A stretch of DNA of 64,000 nt. Origin: Podarcis cretensis. Taxonomy: Eukaryota. The notes under the pieces were generated by a model. That model saw only the letters and a program-made list of their open reading frames with translations, made no database searches and was not told the origin of the DNA. The stretch spans positions 26,226,001-26,290,000 of the forward strand of contig OX638161.1 in assembly GCA_951804945.1 (NCBI GenBank), in the 5' to 3' direction. Each line of letters begins with the position of its first letter. Position 1 is the first letter of the stretch. The position numbers and the translations under genes were made by a program. Shown piece after piece: positions 50,716 to 63,582 of the stretch.

Positions 50716-51463
50716 CTGATTAGAGAAGAAAGAATAGCATAGTCAAGCTTTGAGAAAGAGAGAAATAACCGCAGCCTTTTGCACCGTGTTTCCTTTGGGC
50801 ACTTCCTATGGAGCTATTTTCCATTTTTAAAAGGCAAGTGCCAGATGCTTTGATCTGTAAACCTTGCCTTATAATCCAAGATGTTTGGGAGATGGGCTGG
50901 GGGTGGGGTGGGGAGAGAGAATAGACACAGAGTGGGGAATGAGATGCAATCTTCACATAATGAAATATTTGCATGCTCAACAGCACAATCTCATTACTTT
51001 GCAAAGACAATGCTGAAATCTGGACCATGCAAACAGGTTTCCTAGAGCCCTGGGAAGAAGAGGAGGAACATGATGAGGTTAGTAAATAGTCCCTGGAGCT
51101 GGGCATGCAGTGATTCTACCAGAGCCAAAACAAAACAAATTCCCAAATCAGATTTAAGTATTTTTTTGTTTTTGCTACAAGTTTTCCATATGAAATTGGG
51201 AGATAAGCCTTGCAAGTGAATTTTAAGGAAGTTTCATGCTGCCGATTTTGATATCTCAGTGTGGTCCCCCCCCCCCTTTCTAAAACACATATATGTTCAA
51301 CAGAAGCCCTAGTTTGGAATCGCCAGTGGGTGGGGATAATGTGATTTAAAACAACATCTAAAATAAATACACTGAAGTTATTGCAAGCAATTTCAAGTTA
51401 TAAGATTCTGTATGGATTTCACACCCCTAACCCCAAATGTAGTTTCCACAAGGTTTTCCATAC

Positions 51464-51599
51464 CTGGAAGGACTCCAAGACAGAGTTGAAGTAGATGAAG
51501 ACTACCCGGGATATTTCATCTTCACCGGGGTTGACGAAGAAAAGCATGTAGGTAATGCCCAGCAAAGGAAGGAGCACAAGGGTAGCCTTCACAGCTTTT
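51464..51599 (-). CDS. CRHR1: CRHR1 exon (TM6-ECL3-TM7)
   Basis: [45 protein letters not shown]. Confidence 0.96.
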
Positions 51600-51762
51600 C
51601 TGAAGGAACAGCACAGGAGTTAAAATCCAAGCCAATTCCAGACCGGCACCCCAGTGTCCCCTCGCCAATGGTTAGGGTTAGATCTACACATGTAGCAGAA
51701 TGAAGTGGGAATGAGGTGGTAGAGTCCAAAGGGTGGACTGAGGCGAGGATCACATTCCTGAA

Positions 51763-51765
<3 letters not shown>

Positions 51766-51807
<42 letters not shown>
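51766..51807. repeat. (AT)n microsatellite
   Basis: ~21 perfect units. Confidence 0.95.
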
Positions 51808-51809
<2 letters not shown>

Positions 51810-51926
51810 CAAAGCCACTTCCTGCAAATGGGAATCTATAGCAGCAAATAGAAGGATAGCTAGAACTTCTCCTAGTGTGCTTATGCAGGGAACCTACGAA
51901 GAACAACACTTGAAAATGATATATCT

Positions 51927-52030
51927 CAGGCAGCAGTCTAGCAGCTGCATTCTGGATTAGTTGTAGTTTCCGAGTCACTTTCAATGGTAGTCCTGCGTAG
52001 AGCACATTGCAGTAGTCCAAGCGGGAGAGG
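51927..52030 (-). mobile_element. L2 LINE ORF2 internal fragment
   Basis: SRLDYCNVLYAGLPLKVTRKLQLIQNAAARLL, a canonical L2 motif. Confidence 0.85.
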
Positions 52031-52358
52031 GTTGATCCTGGTTCAGAGCAGATTCTAGAATTGACCTCTGGCTCAGAGTAAGCCCTGAGCCTTACTTCCT
52101 GCATCTGGGTTACCAGACTCGTGCCTTTTAAAAGTTAAAAGGGCTGATGAGCAGGGCTTTCTGTAGCTAGGGAGGGCAAGTGGGCCTTCTCTTCAGTACT
52201 CTTACGGTTAACAGAATCAATAAATTCTGCAAAGCAATAATAGAAACCTGCTCAATTTGCACAATATATTTGAGTTGAGGAGTCAGAACAGTGGTTTAGC
52301 ATAATCCCTGTCATAAACTCTGGCCACCCATTCCCCACCTGTGCTCTTGCACTGATAC

Positions 52359-52444
52359 CTGTACTGTATTGTCTCTGAGGTGGTCGAGGCCCGAAGCTTC
52401 GTCATCAGGATTCTGACAATGTTGAATAAAAAGATAAAGTTGAT
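52359..52444 (-). CDS. CRHR1: CRHR1 exon (TM5-ICL3)
   Basis: [28 protein letters not shown](R). Confidence 0.96.
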
Positions 52445-52661
52445 CTGGAATAGACACAGAAACGAGATTAAGTGATGGAGTAAGTGTATAAAGAAATGCC
52501 TCCATCACCACTGCAAAATGACATTTTGTCACACACACCCCCAATCAGGGTGGTGCACACCTGTTCTCTAGGGCAAGTTTTCAAAATCAGTCTGTGCTTG
52601 AGATCCACCTGAATGGATATTTCAACAGAAGTAACATTTCCTGTCCAGTTTACTCTCTCTT

Positions 52662-52675
52662 CCACTAGGGGGAGC
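52662..52675 (+). promoter_or_regulatory. Candidate CTCF motif in a CRHR1 intron
   Basis: CCACTAGGGGGAGC, close to consensus CCACTAGGGGGCGC; motif only. Confidence 0.45.
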
Positions 52676-54052
52676 TACTCTCTCAGGTATTGCAAAAACA
52701 AATGGCCATTATTTCATCTGACAGAATAATATTAATCTGAAATCTAATCTTGCTTTAAAAGTCTTCAGAGCTTAGTTGGACTTTGGAGTCAATGCTTTTT
52801 AGGAGTGTAAATAAGGACTTGGGGGATAGTGACAACCACATTCTGGATGTGATGCAAAATAAACCCTTCTCAGATAATTGATCTGTCTCCCCAAAATATG
52901 CCAAGCTCCTTTATGAAAAGCAAGGTAGTTGTACAGTAAAATTATTTACTGATCAGGCCACAGAAATTTGTATGTGGCCGTTTGAAATCTGTTTCATTGG
53001 CAGCAGAAGCTCCATCTCTCCTTACAGTTTGGACTGTCCACTGTTTGCGAAGATTAGAGATGTAGAGGGTTTCCTCCCATTTCAAGCTTGGGTTGTTTTA
53101 TTGGCCTGCCAGCAAATGCTGAATTACTTCTTGTTGCAGAGCAGTTTGTTAAAGCAAATGTGATTGATGGTTTTGCTGATAAATTAGGTCAATGACATTT
53201 CATTCCACTTGCAGCATTTTGTATTTGTCGAACCCTATTGTTTTGGCCCACAGCTATAAGTAAAGACAGATCTAACATTTTAAGAGTTGCAGGAGTGGGC
53301 TTGACAGCCCATATATATATATATTCCTGCCTCAAGGAGTAAAAAATAAAATGGTTTTGCAGATCCCCAGAGAGAGCTGGGGAGAAGCTGGTTATGGGGG
53401 ATGCCCAATGACTATTGCCTCAACATCACCAACTCATATAAGTTCTACCCCACTCCCAAGAAATCCCTGCAGCACTTTTTAAACCAGTTTTCAAAACGCT
53501 GGAAACAATTAGGGGGGAAGCGTGTCACAAGAAAGATGCATCTCTTGCTTTTTTTTTTTTTTTAAAAAAAGGACCTCCTTCCATGGGAGGAACATTTGAG
53601 AACTGGATTCCTTTACCTGAGAAGCAGCCCTCATTTTCATCATTTCACTCACCTTGTACTTCTCAAGTCAGGTTCACACTATGTGTTTAAAAGCCTATGG
53701 AATCCCAAACCCACTTATCTGGGAGTTAAGTCCCATTGAATTCAGCAGGACTTACTTCTGAGTAGACACACCCTGCTGCCACACCCTGCTGGGAAAGTTC
53801 TCAAAATGTTCCGTATGTCTTCATAACAAGATTATATGTACACACACACACAAAAACCCACACACTTTTACGTTTGTGTTTTGGGAGTGAGATCAGCATG
53901 TGAAATGGATCGCACCTATATATGAAATGGAGCTTTCTGAGTTCTATAGTAATGCCACAAAACCCATCAGGAGTGTTTTTATGCATTTGGCTTGCTTTTT
54001 ATTATAGCAAGCACTGTAGTATTACTCCAGCCTTGTCAATAAGCCAAAGTTA

Positions 54053-54304
54053 CAGCGGACGCTTGGGTTGCGAACGTGATCCATGTGGCATGCACGTTCG
54101 CAATCTGCAGCATTCGCAACCCGCGTCTATGCACACGCGGGTTACGATTCGGCACTTCTGCGCATGCGCAAAGTGTGATTTAGCGCTTCTGCCCATGCAT
54201 GACCGCCAAAACCTGGAAGTAACCTGTTCCGGTACTTCTGGGTTTTGGCGGTCCGTATCCTGAAAAAACGCAACTTGAAGCATCTGTAACCCAAGGTATG
54301 ACTG
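54053..54304. mobile_element. Tigger/pogo-like MITE
   Basis: TA|CAG...CTG|TA ends, degenerate TIRs (CTTGGGTTGCGAA / TCTGTAACCCAAG), TGCGCATGCGCA palindrome. Confidence 0.7.
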
Positions 54305-56749
54305 TACTAGTCTGCTAAGAGGCCAGTAGAACGCCCCTCCTGTGCAACCAAGATGGAAACGCAAGCTGCTAGCCTCTTTGTGGGCTTGTTCAAAAGTTGC
54401 TGTCTATCAAGCAGACGAACAGAAGGAGAGATGGAGGGATCTGTCCTTCCTGCACCAGCCCCCTCACCTACGTGGAGTTCCTTGTTGCCTGCAGCGAGCA
54501 GGTGAGTGCTTTAAAAAAGAAGAAGAAAAGGCAATATATATATATATAATGGCCTCTTCTAACATAACAAAGGAATGTTGGAAGGTGATTCAGGGTTTCT
54601 GAAAAAGTAATGAAGACCCTACTTCACTTTGTCTCTGACAAAGAGAGAATGGGATCGAGATGGAAGAATGGGATCGAGCCCAGCCCAGCCCGAAAGTTCT
54701 CCCAGAGAGAGGCTGCTTTGATTTAACGTTTGTCCAGATAACACACGAGGAACCCTCATGCCTTCTTTCGCTCTCTGGCCTCCTCCAGAAGCACTAATCC
54801 TGGGGGAAATTAGGCATGAGGATTCAGGAAGTGTTACAAAGTAGCTGCCCAGAGGGCAGAGGCGGCAGCAGTCTCCTCAGGCGGCGCGGCAGGCCCTCTA
54901 ACTAGACAAATCGCCTCCGACTTTCCCCCCAGGCCTCTGCATCAGCCTAGGCTGCCTGATAGTGGCTGCTATTATCCTCATCAAATAACATCATTAACAA
55001 ATTTGCTGGAGGCAGGGGAGGTGTGCGAATTGTGCTGTGTTCAGTTGGTAGCGGTGCCGGTGGTAGTGTTGAGCTCGTGCAAGATAGAAATTGTGCCAAG
55101 ATGGCAAAAGCAATAAGGAAAGGAAGAGTGGGAGGGATAGATGGAAGGAAGAGCCCAATTAGATGTGATGCAGGAAACCTTTGGATTATTATTTTTTTAA
55201 ATTTAAAAACCATGTCTGAATTTGATGTGGATCAGGTGGTCAAATACAAAACAGGGATGGGGGCCTCCAGCATCTTTAATAGTTGTTTATTTCAGCAGGT
55301 GGAGCTTGTCACGTAGGCTCCATCGGCTGAAAATTCCCTTTGCTATGCAACTTATTAAAGGTGCAAGTCCCCTCCTTTGCATCAGGCCACCCTAGGTGTG
55401 GAGTGCTAATTGTTTAATCACACACTGAAATGCAGAACGCCTGTATGCATGTTGGTAAGGGTGTAACATCGGAAAATTCCACTGGCTAGAAGGAAGCTCT
55501 CTCTCAGCCTTTAGCTGGGTTGATAATTAACTGTTGTTGTTCTCTGCTAGCACTCATGTGAGTGTTTAACTTTAGATCACATGATTAAGGTATTCAGTTG
55601 CAAATCTGCCATTTTGAAGGGGGTTGCCTTTTGTTCCCAGGCATAGTGAGAGAAGGATGTGATAAGAAGCCTCTCCAGGCTGGATGCAGTGTAATGCAGG
55701 CTATGGGAAAGACAGAGCACTGATCTCAGCTCTGGTTGTAATTATATATTTAATAATATATTCTTGGATATGTACATGCTTTATACAACGTTCTGGGTGT
55801 ACCATTAATTCTTTTGTACCTGCTTTTGAAGAAGTTTGGTTCGTAAAGCTTTGAATAATAATTACGAGTCTGGACAATTTTTATTCCAAAGGGAGTCAGC
55901 CTTTATGGAAATTGTCCCCTTTAAACTTTTTTCCCTGCAGGGGAAGATACGCTTGGAGCCAGTATCCCCCCCCACCCACCATAAGTGAAAAAAGCAGTGA
56001 TCAAATTCAGAGTCCCTTCCAGGAGTGCTGACTCTAGGGGGCAGACTGTTGTCATGCCCCTCAATATTCCTTAGCAGGGGTCTCAGCCCTGCAAATGTTG
56101 AGGGGGTGGAGGAGGCCAAACAGCTGAGCCAGCACAGCATCAAAGGCAAGCTCCTCCTAGTGTGAGAGAGGAGGAACCGGGGCCATTGAAGCTGCGCGGC
56201 ACTGGGCAAGGCCTCCTTGCAACTATGTGCATGTTGGGCATGTGACGTCACAGGCATGCCATGTCACGTGTGTGCCATGCTGCTGGGCCTCCCTAATCTT
56301 CAGCCCAAGGTGACGCCTCTAGTTCCCTCCCATCTAAGATGTGTGAAGATGAAACTTTCAGGACTGGTTTAACTTCATGCATGACTTGCATCACATCTTG
56401 TTTGGCTGAAAATAAATTTAAAAAGTGTCCCTCCTAGGCATTCTGCAAAAAACTGCAAAACTGCAAGGGGGTTACTTCCAGAAGGACCAGATGCAAGAGA
56501 ATGACAGAGCTATTGTATTTGGGTAGAATAGGAAATTTTAGTGCAGAATTTCCCACTGACGGATCAGTCTGGCCCCTATGATCAGCTTTTGCTGCTGATG
56601 CTCCCATTTCTGCACAATTATGAAAAGGTACTGGAGTCTTGGCCTCTTTTGTTCTTACATCACCTTAGCTGCAAAAGCAGCCTCCCCCCCCCCCCCACTG
56701 TACCCCGAAAAAGTATTGAGAGTGGGAAGGAAGGGACTTCCGCTCTTAC

Positions 56750-56822
56750 CAACAGCACCAATATCATGGGACCTTGGTAGATGTAGTCAGTATAAATCCC
56801 TGCTCGTTTTCCAAACCAGCAC
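56750..56822 (-). CDS. CRHR1: CRHR1 exon (ECL2-TM5)
   Basis: [24 protein letters not shown]. Confidence 0.96.
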
Positions 56823-57426
56823 CTGTAATTCAGAATGCAGAGCACAAAGAAACCACAGTGAGGATTTAACTTCATCCACGGTTGAAGCTGAACCAGAGTC
56901 CAGGCCTTAAATCCATTTCTGACGCAGGCTATAATAAAGAAAGAGCATCTCTGGGCCTGGGCAGAGTGCTTTTCCTTGGCCAAAACCTCCTCCTAACACA
57001 TGTAGGATGAGGAAGAAGAGCTTCAAGGCTGGAAGACCATGACCTAAACTGTATAAAATGAAAAACGTACGGCACATTTCACACACATCTATTTGATGAA
57101 AACAAACAGCCAGCATATTTAGGGATAGGTAAGTGTCAGGAAATGTCAGAAGGGGAGGTTTTTAACCCTTCCTCCCATGCCATGGTCCCAATGAAAATTA
57201 TCACCCACACCCCTACACCCCAATACTGCTGTTTGCTTCCAGAAAGAAACAGCTGCTATCACCAATGTCAGGCTTCCCTGTCAAAACAAATAGCAGCTTT
57301 CGGGAAGAAAATGAAACCAGTGCAGTTGGGAAGGAGGAGTTGGGAGAGAAAATGAAACCACCCTCTACCATGCATGGTACCACTACCCTGATCAGGCCCA
57401 CTGTCTCATTCCTGCTATTTATTTTC

Positions 57427-57427
<1 letters not shown>

Positions 57428-57458
<31 letters not shown>

Positions 57459-57460
57459 TC
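57428..57460. repeat. (TTTC)n microsatellite
   Basis: ~8 units. Confidence 0.9.
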
Positions 57461-58413
57461 CTTCCTTAAGCAAGACACAAGAAACCATGCATTTATTGCA
57501 TCGCCCAGCTTGAACCTCATAATCTGAGTTACTGTCACCACTCACCACCCCTCAAGACTATAGTTGCTGAGAAAGGCAGGGAAAGGTGTCAGGGGAAAGA
57601 ACAATTTTTTAAAAACCCGCCAAGAAGACCTTTCTAAGTGGCTCGGAACCCCAAACAAGAGGGTGGTGACTGGTTTCAGCCATAGCCACAGCCAGGACTT
57701 AGCTTGAAAGTGAGAAGTCATGGCTGATAATTAAGGCAAATGGCGGCCAGCCCAAATCAATCCTGCTCACCTGCATGATTAATGGCCATGGAAGCAACTT
57801 GCCAGGGGGCTGCTATGTCCTCCATTAGCAAGTCACTGGGAAAGCAGGATCAAGGGCCCAGAATGAAAGGCATAAGACCCTCTCATTAAATCCCAGGCTG
57901 CTTTAACTGGGGGGGGGGGGCTCCCACAATGGTGTTTCATTAGCAATGCCCAGTGCTGTGTTTACACTTTAAAAAAATAAATCACCAAGTAGTTTAATTC
58001 TGCTACCTCCATAAATTGTGCAAATTTGTCTAGATTTGCTGAATCTTCCTATTTTAGTCTACTTTTTCTAGCTACAGAACAGAGAATCGGGGAGCGCGCT
58101 GAACGTTCCTTCCTTCACCTCTGCTCAACCCACTACGAAGGGCCAAAGGACGCAGAGATGTTAGGAAATTTGGGGTGGGACCTCTAGCTTCTTCAAAAAT
58201 TCTGTTTCTTATAAAAGTAGCTGCAGGGGTTGGGTGGGGAGAGCAAGCTGGGTTTGAAATGCAGCGCTTGGGAAAAGAGTGGGTTAATCCCCTTCCACTC
58301 CTGCACTGTTTTCCTGGTTCTAAGTTGCTTGCAACACTCCCACAAGGGGCCGCCCACTTGCCAATCACCTGACATCATAATCATGTCAGGTGAGTTGCTT
58401 TTGCCCTGGGTGG

Positions 58414-58452
<39 letters not shown>

Positions 58453-59105
58453 TTTTATTTATACCCCACCCTTCCCAGTTCAGAAAATTGGGCTCAGGGC
58501 AGCTAACAACAAATTTAAAACACTTAATTGATGCAACAAAAAAACAGCATAAAATACAGTATAAAACGTGAATAACAATAAATTCAGAATTAAAAAATCA
58601 ATTTAGAAGGAAAATCCATCCAATAAACATTAGATGATCACCAGGGCTAGCTGGCTAAATTAGTCCTATTTGGGCCAGTGAAGAGACCAGGGGAGAATTA
58701 GCTGTGGGATCCCAGAGCGGGTAATCTTCATAAAAAGGGGAGGGGAAGGGAAAGAAGGGGAATAAAAGATCAGGCTAAGTTCAAATTGAAAGCCAGGTGG
58801 AATAGCTCTGTCTTACAGGCCCTGCGGAAGGAAGTTTAATCCTGCAGGGTCCTGGTCTCATGGGACAGAGCATTCCACCAGGTCGGAGCCATCACTGAGA
58901 AGGCCCTGACCCTGGTGGAGGATAATCTAACTTCCTTAGGGCCTGGGACCTCTAAACTATGATTATTCATGGACCTTAAGGTCCTCTGCGGGGCATACCA
59001 GGAGAGGCAGTCCCGTAACTACGAGGGCCCTAAGCCACAAAGGGCTTTAAAGGTCAAAACCAGCACCTTAAACCTGACCTGATACTCCACCGGGAGCCAG
59101 TGCAA
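58414..59105 (-). mobile_element. L2 LINE 3' fragment with (ATT)n tail
   Basis: LHWLPVEYQVRFKVLVLTFKALCGLGPS*LRDCL on -; stem-loop 3' end; (AAT)n at 58414-58452. Confidence 0.85.
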
Positions 59106-60107
59106 CAGATACACGGCCCTCGAAGCCCTGACGGCCAGCTGATTGTTGGTGCTAGGAGAGAGCCAAGCAGGGCACTCACTCTACACAGGTCTTTGCAGGT
59201 GCCACTGATCCTATGGGCTTCTTTTCGGCCCAGCAGTTGCTTTACCTGCCTCACACCTGACATGTGATATCAGGTGGAGGGCAGGTGGGCTTGGCAGAAC
59301 AGCCTCATGGGCCTAATGGGGAATGCCTAAACTGGCCCACCGGTCAGAGGTTTCCATTCCCTGAACTAATCCTATCCATTGGGAGTAGGAGATCCCTGAA
59401 ATTTAAGCACCTACATCCAAGGTTCTCAAAGTGGATGGTACTACCCCCCCCCCCCCGGATGGCAGGATTACTTAGCAGGGTGCCAAAAGGTGGCAGGGAG
59501 TGCTGGAGATGTAAATGACTATCAGACTTTGAAAAGCTGGTATCACTGGATCAAGCATTCATCAGTTTTGCTGATTAATTAAACTAAGTAATTGGACTTT
59601 GCACGTGCAATTAATTGCCACTGTTTCAAATTTCATTGCATTATCATCTCCCTTGGTGAGTGGTGCATTTCACTATTCTGAGTAGTGCTTTTTATAGGTT
59701 AGGGGGCCCTGGGGGTGAGTTTATGGAATGAAAGGAGCTGTGGCCTCCAAAATGTTTGAGAGCCACTGATCCACATTCTTGGTGCAGGTAAAGAGCTTTT
59801 TGTTTGGTTCATGGGTGGTTGGGGTGGTAGTTGGCAGAGTGGGGGAAGAACACTGCCTGCCTGTAAGCAAGGCCACTCCTGATTTCTTGCTCGTCTGCTA
59901 AAATCACCCCCAAGTCTGCTCCTGATTGCCTTTGTGGAAAGCAGAGAAATGCCAGCAGAGCTTCCCTCCTTCCACCCCCAGATCTCTCCCCGTAGCACCC
60001 ACTCCAAGGCTGTGCAAGCCTGCTCTAGAAGCCATTACCATAGCAGCAGAAAAGCAGGATGGGGGAGAGAGAGAGAGAGAGAGGGAGAGAGACTAGGGCT
60101 GACTTAC

Positions 60108-60168
60108 TTCTCGTTGTCATAGTAGAGTTTCCCAATGGCCCAAGCGATGATAATGGGGAAAGGGATGC
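60108..60168 (-). CDS. CRHR1: CRHR1 exon (TM4-ECL2)
   Basis: (C)IPFPIIIAWAIGKLYYDNE(K). Confidence 0.96.
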
Positions 60169-60765
60169 CTGTGGATGAAAGCAAAGACGGGTCTCAGGGC
60201 ATCTGGTGAGGAATGACCTGGCATTAAGGCAAGGGGTTGTGGTAGTTGGGGGAGCAAATGGGATATGTGGCCTCAGCTCAGGGACCCACCCATACCGAGC
60301 GAAACTATCACAGTGCTATTTCCTAAGCTCAGACGCAGAGCCTGTTATTTCTTGTGTGAGGGCTCAGTGCTCCTATAATGAGTGAGAATGAGAGTGCTTC
60401 TGAGCATCTGCAGAGCGAATAGGTTAATTTGTGCCCCTGGAATCATCGCAGCTCAGCCTCAGGCCCTGTTGCCCATCCTAGAATGCATGATGGTGCCTCT
60501 GAGAGTATAACAAAGGCACACTGGGTCCTTATGGCTTAACTCCAGAATGTGCTTTCAGATTCTGAAAAGGTATACATGATAAACAAAAAAGTACTCCTGA
60601 ACATCAGCAGAGTCCTGAGTCTAATCCAACCCCCTTGAATCTTTCGGCCAACATGGGACTCAAACCCACGACCTTGAGGTGGAGAGTCTCATACTCTGAG
60701 CTATCCCTTTGTCGCCTGGCTACCCTGCAGGATATGCTACAGCCACCCCTCTCCTTGCCACTCAC

Positions 60766-60919
60766 ACCAGCCAATGCAGATGAACATCCATTTCCTCAGC
60801 TTGTCTGTCGAATAGGTGAGGACAATGGCCGTGTGAAGGTAGCAGCCCTCGCCAAACATCCAGAAGAAATTGGTGACGTGGAAGTAGTTGTAGGCAGCTG
60901 TGACGAGGCGGCACCAGGG
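60766..60919 (-). CDS. CRHR1: CRHR1 exon (TM3-ICL2-TM4)
   Basis: [51 protein letters not shown]. Confidence 0.96.
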
Positions 60920-61966
60920 CTGTGTGTGGTGAGGAACAGGCAGAATGGATGAATTAAGAGGAAACAGCTCCCCACAATCCTAGCCACAAGCAAGCCTACC
61001 CTACCTCTATGAGGACACAGCTACTCTGAACAGCTTAGCATCGTCCCCTTTCGCCTGCTAACGGCTGAACATTCATAAACAGTGAGGCGGAGGCTCCATC
61101 CTTCGGCTTTAAAATTCCCAACCCTTCAGATTGAAGCAAAGCCAACTGCAAGATAGCTCAACTCATCTGCAAATAAGCTACGGCATCACTCTCAAGATGC
61201 TAGAGCTCATGGAAATTCAACTTCCTTTTCACACACTAAGGAAACCTCGGCTGAACCTCAATTGCCGGGTAGCTCAGATCAACAGACTTGAAAGTGTTCC
61301 TTGGCTCGGCCTTCAACAACATGGCACCCTCTAGAAATTAGGGGCGGCAATTCCACCCAGCCTCAGCCAGGCTACCTTAGCTTCTGCTAACAAATCAAAC
61401 AAGGAGATACCAGGATTAGAATTTCATTTTTGGTTGTAGGACCGGTCATGGTGAAATACTCTGCAGTTTAACTTGCAAATATCTGACAGGTTTATGGGCC
61501 TGATCAGCTGGATCTTTCAAACTCTTAAAGACATGCCAATGTTTTCAAGGTGCTAAAGCAAAGTGATCATGATCATGTTGGTCTATATACTAATTGGTAG
61601 CATTTCTTCCTAGGCCTACCTGGAGAAGCCAGGAAGTGATCCTGAAACCTTCTGCATGTTGCAAAATGCTCTACCACTCAGCTCCAGCCCCTTGCCAGAG
61701 GCCTTATCACCTAGAGATTCCATATGTCTGGATTTTTCCATACATTACAGGGATTTCAAATGAGGAATTGACATCGGAGTGGGGGGATTTCCAAAAAGCA
61801 GCATTTTGTTCTGGATCTTAGGCAAGTCAATTGAGAAAGTGTGTTTTTTTGGTATTTTTTGTGGGGGGAAGCTCAACAACTTTTAGGGTGTCCTGGTTTT
61901 TATTTTTTGAAATATGGCAACCCTATCATCACCAGCTCACAATATCTTAGGGCTTTACATATAGAT

Positions 61967-62088
61967 CAGGGTTTCCCAAACTTGGATCTCCAGCTGTTTT
62001 TTGGACTACAACTCCCATCATCCCTAGCTAGCAGGACCAGTGGTCAGGGATGCTGGGAATTGTAGTCCACAAACAGCTGGAGACCCTG
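61967..62088. mobile_element. hAT-type palindromic MITE, same family as 39709; part of the right TIR deleted
   Basis: CAGGGTTTCCCAAACTTG...ACCCTG; TSD ATATAGAT / ATAGAGAT. Confidence 0.8.
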
Positions 62089-62269
62089 ATAGAGATGTAT
62101 GTTTTCAAGGCTTGACTTTCATATAACAGATCAAGAAGCAGTCGCCTCAAAAATCATGGGGAAAGTTTCTCGATCCCCCTTGTTTTTTTTGTTTTGTTTT
62201 TCAAAGTCCAGCAGGCATCCAAGCCAAATTACTAGCACCAGATTTGAGGCCAGGCTGAGGAGAACCTAC

Positions 62270-62390
62270 CACGTTGCTTTCATGGACTTCTGGATTCATG
62301 GTGAGCTGGACCACGAACCACGTGGCGTTCCGCAAAATGAAGGCAGTGATCAAGTTCCAGTGGATAATGTTTCGTAGGCACCGGATGCTC
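62270..62390 (-). CDS. CRHR1: CRHR1 exon (ICL1-TM2-ECL1)
   Basis: [40 protein letters not shown]. Confidence 0.96.
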
Positions 62391-62677
62391 CTGGAGGAGA
62401 AAAGAAAAGAGCGTGCAAAATGGCAGCATAGGCCCAAAGGATGAACTGCCCCACTCTCAAGGCAGAACCCCTCCCCTCGCATGTTACTGCCTTGTCCCTA
62501 CCTCTCTTTAATTTTTAGATCAGCCTTCCCCAGCCTGTCACACCCTCCAAATGCTTTTGGGACTTCAACTCCCATCAACCCCAGCTAGCATGGCCGTGTA
62601 GTGTGTAAACATCTGGCCAGTGGCAGGCAGGCGAGGGCTGCTTCAAATGATCTCATGGGCCCTTTGGCCTGACTCAC

Positions 62678-62784
62678 CTCAGGCGCATGAAGAGGATGAA
62701 AGCAGCTATCAGTGCTGCCAGGGAAATGCAGTGCCCAAGGTAGTTGATGATGACAGCAACATGGTAGTGCAACTTGCTTCTCTT
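62678..62784 (-). CDS. CRHR1: CRHR1 exon (TM1)
   Basis: [35 protein letters not shown](R). Confidence 0.96.
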
Positions 62785-63582
62785 CTGCATGGGGAAAGGC
62801 AGGAAAAGGTTCAGCATTGGGCCACAATAGTATAGTAACTATCATTTGCAGTCCAATTCCTTCAGACCTTTTCAAAGATAATGCCACAATAGTCTTACTT
62901 TCTTTCACTTGTCAGTGGTGGAAGCAGCCTCCATTAAAAAACGAGAATCTGCTTAGCCATTACCCTGAATCCAATGCTTTCCCTTTCCTCAAACCAGAGA
63001 TGGGTACATCTGGTGCCCTCTAGGCATTGCTGGACTACAACTCCCATCAGTCCTAAGCATGGGCAACGCTGGTTGCAATTGGTGGGAAACGGACTCTTAG
63101 CAACATCATGAGAACCACAGGTCCCTTTAGCTCCTTTATCGTCATGCTGACCTTTAGATCATCTGTGAAATGATCTCCTCCTCCTCCTCCTCCTCTTCTG
63201 GGTTTAGCTAACAATCTTTTATAAGGAGCAGCATAAGTGGTAGTCAGTTCAAGAAGTTGCTTTATACTGAGCCCAACCATTGGTCCACATAGCTCAGCGA
63301 TGTCTATACTGGCTGACAGCAGCTCTCTATAGTTTCGGAGGGAGACATCTTCCCAGCCCTCTTAGAGACACCAAGAACTGAAATCTGGAACCTTCTGCAT
63401 AAAAAACATGTGCTCTACCACTGAGCTACAACCATTCTTCCTGTTCTTTACATGCGTGGGAATAAGATGCTTCCTTTTGCCACTCCTGAACCATCTTCCC
63501 ATAGGTTTTACTAAGTAATGGCAAGCTCCAGGGATACTGAGCATCAGAGGGTCTGAGAAGAACTGTGCACAATGATCGATGG

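Larger units (their letters stand above)
49252..62784 (-). other. CRHR1: CRHR1 (corticotropin-releasing hormone receptor 1, class B GPCR), 3' part; 9 coding exons, 306 aa; ectodomain exons lie beyond the window
   Basis: TM1-TM7 plus C-tail; His199 and Met276 equivalents and the [30 protein letters not shown] tail distinguish CRHR1 from CRHR2. Confidence 0.96.

Noticed and set aside
53768-54678. Short tandem duplications (CACACCCTGCTG x2; AGAATGGGATCGAG x2)
   Set aside because: Ordinary slippage duplications with no further structure
62391-62677. A CRHR1-beta-type ICL1 insertion exon
   Set aside because: The 287-bp intron shows no convincing cassette and is partly MITE-derived
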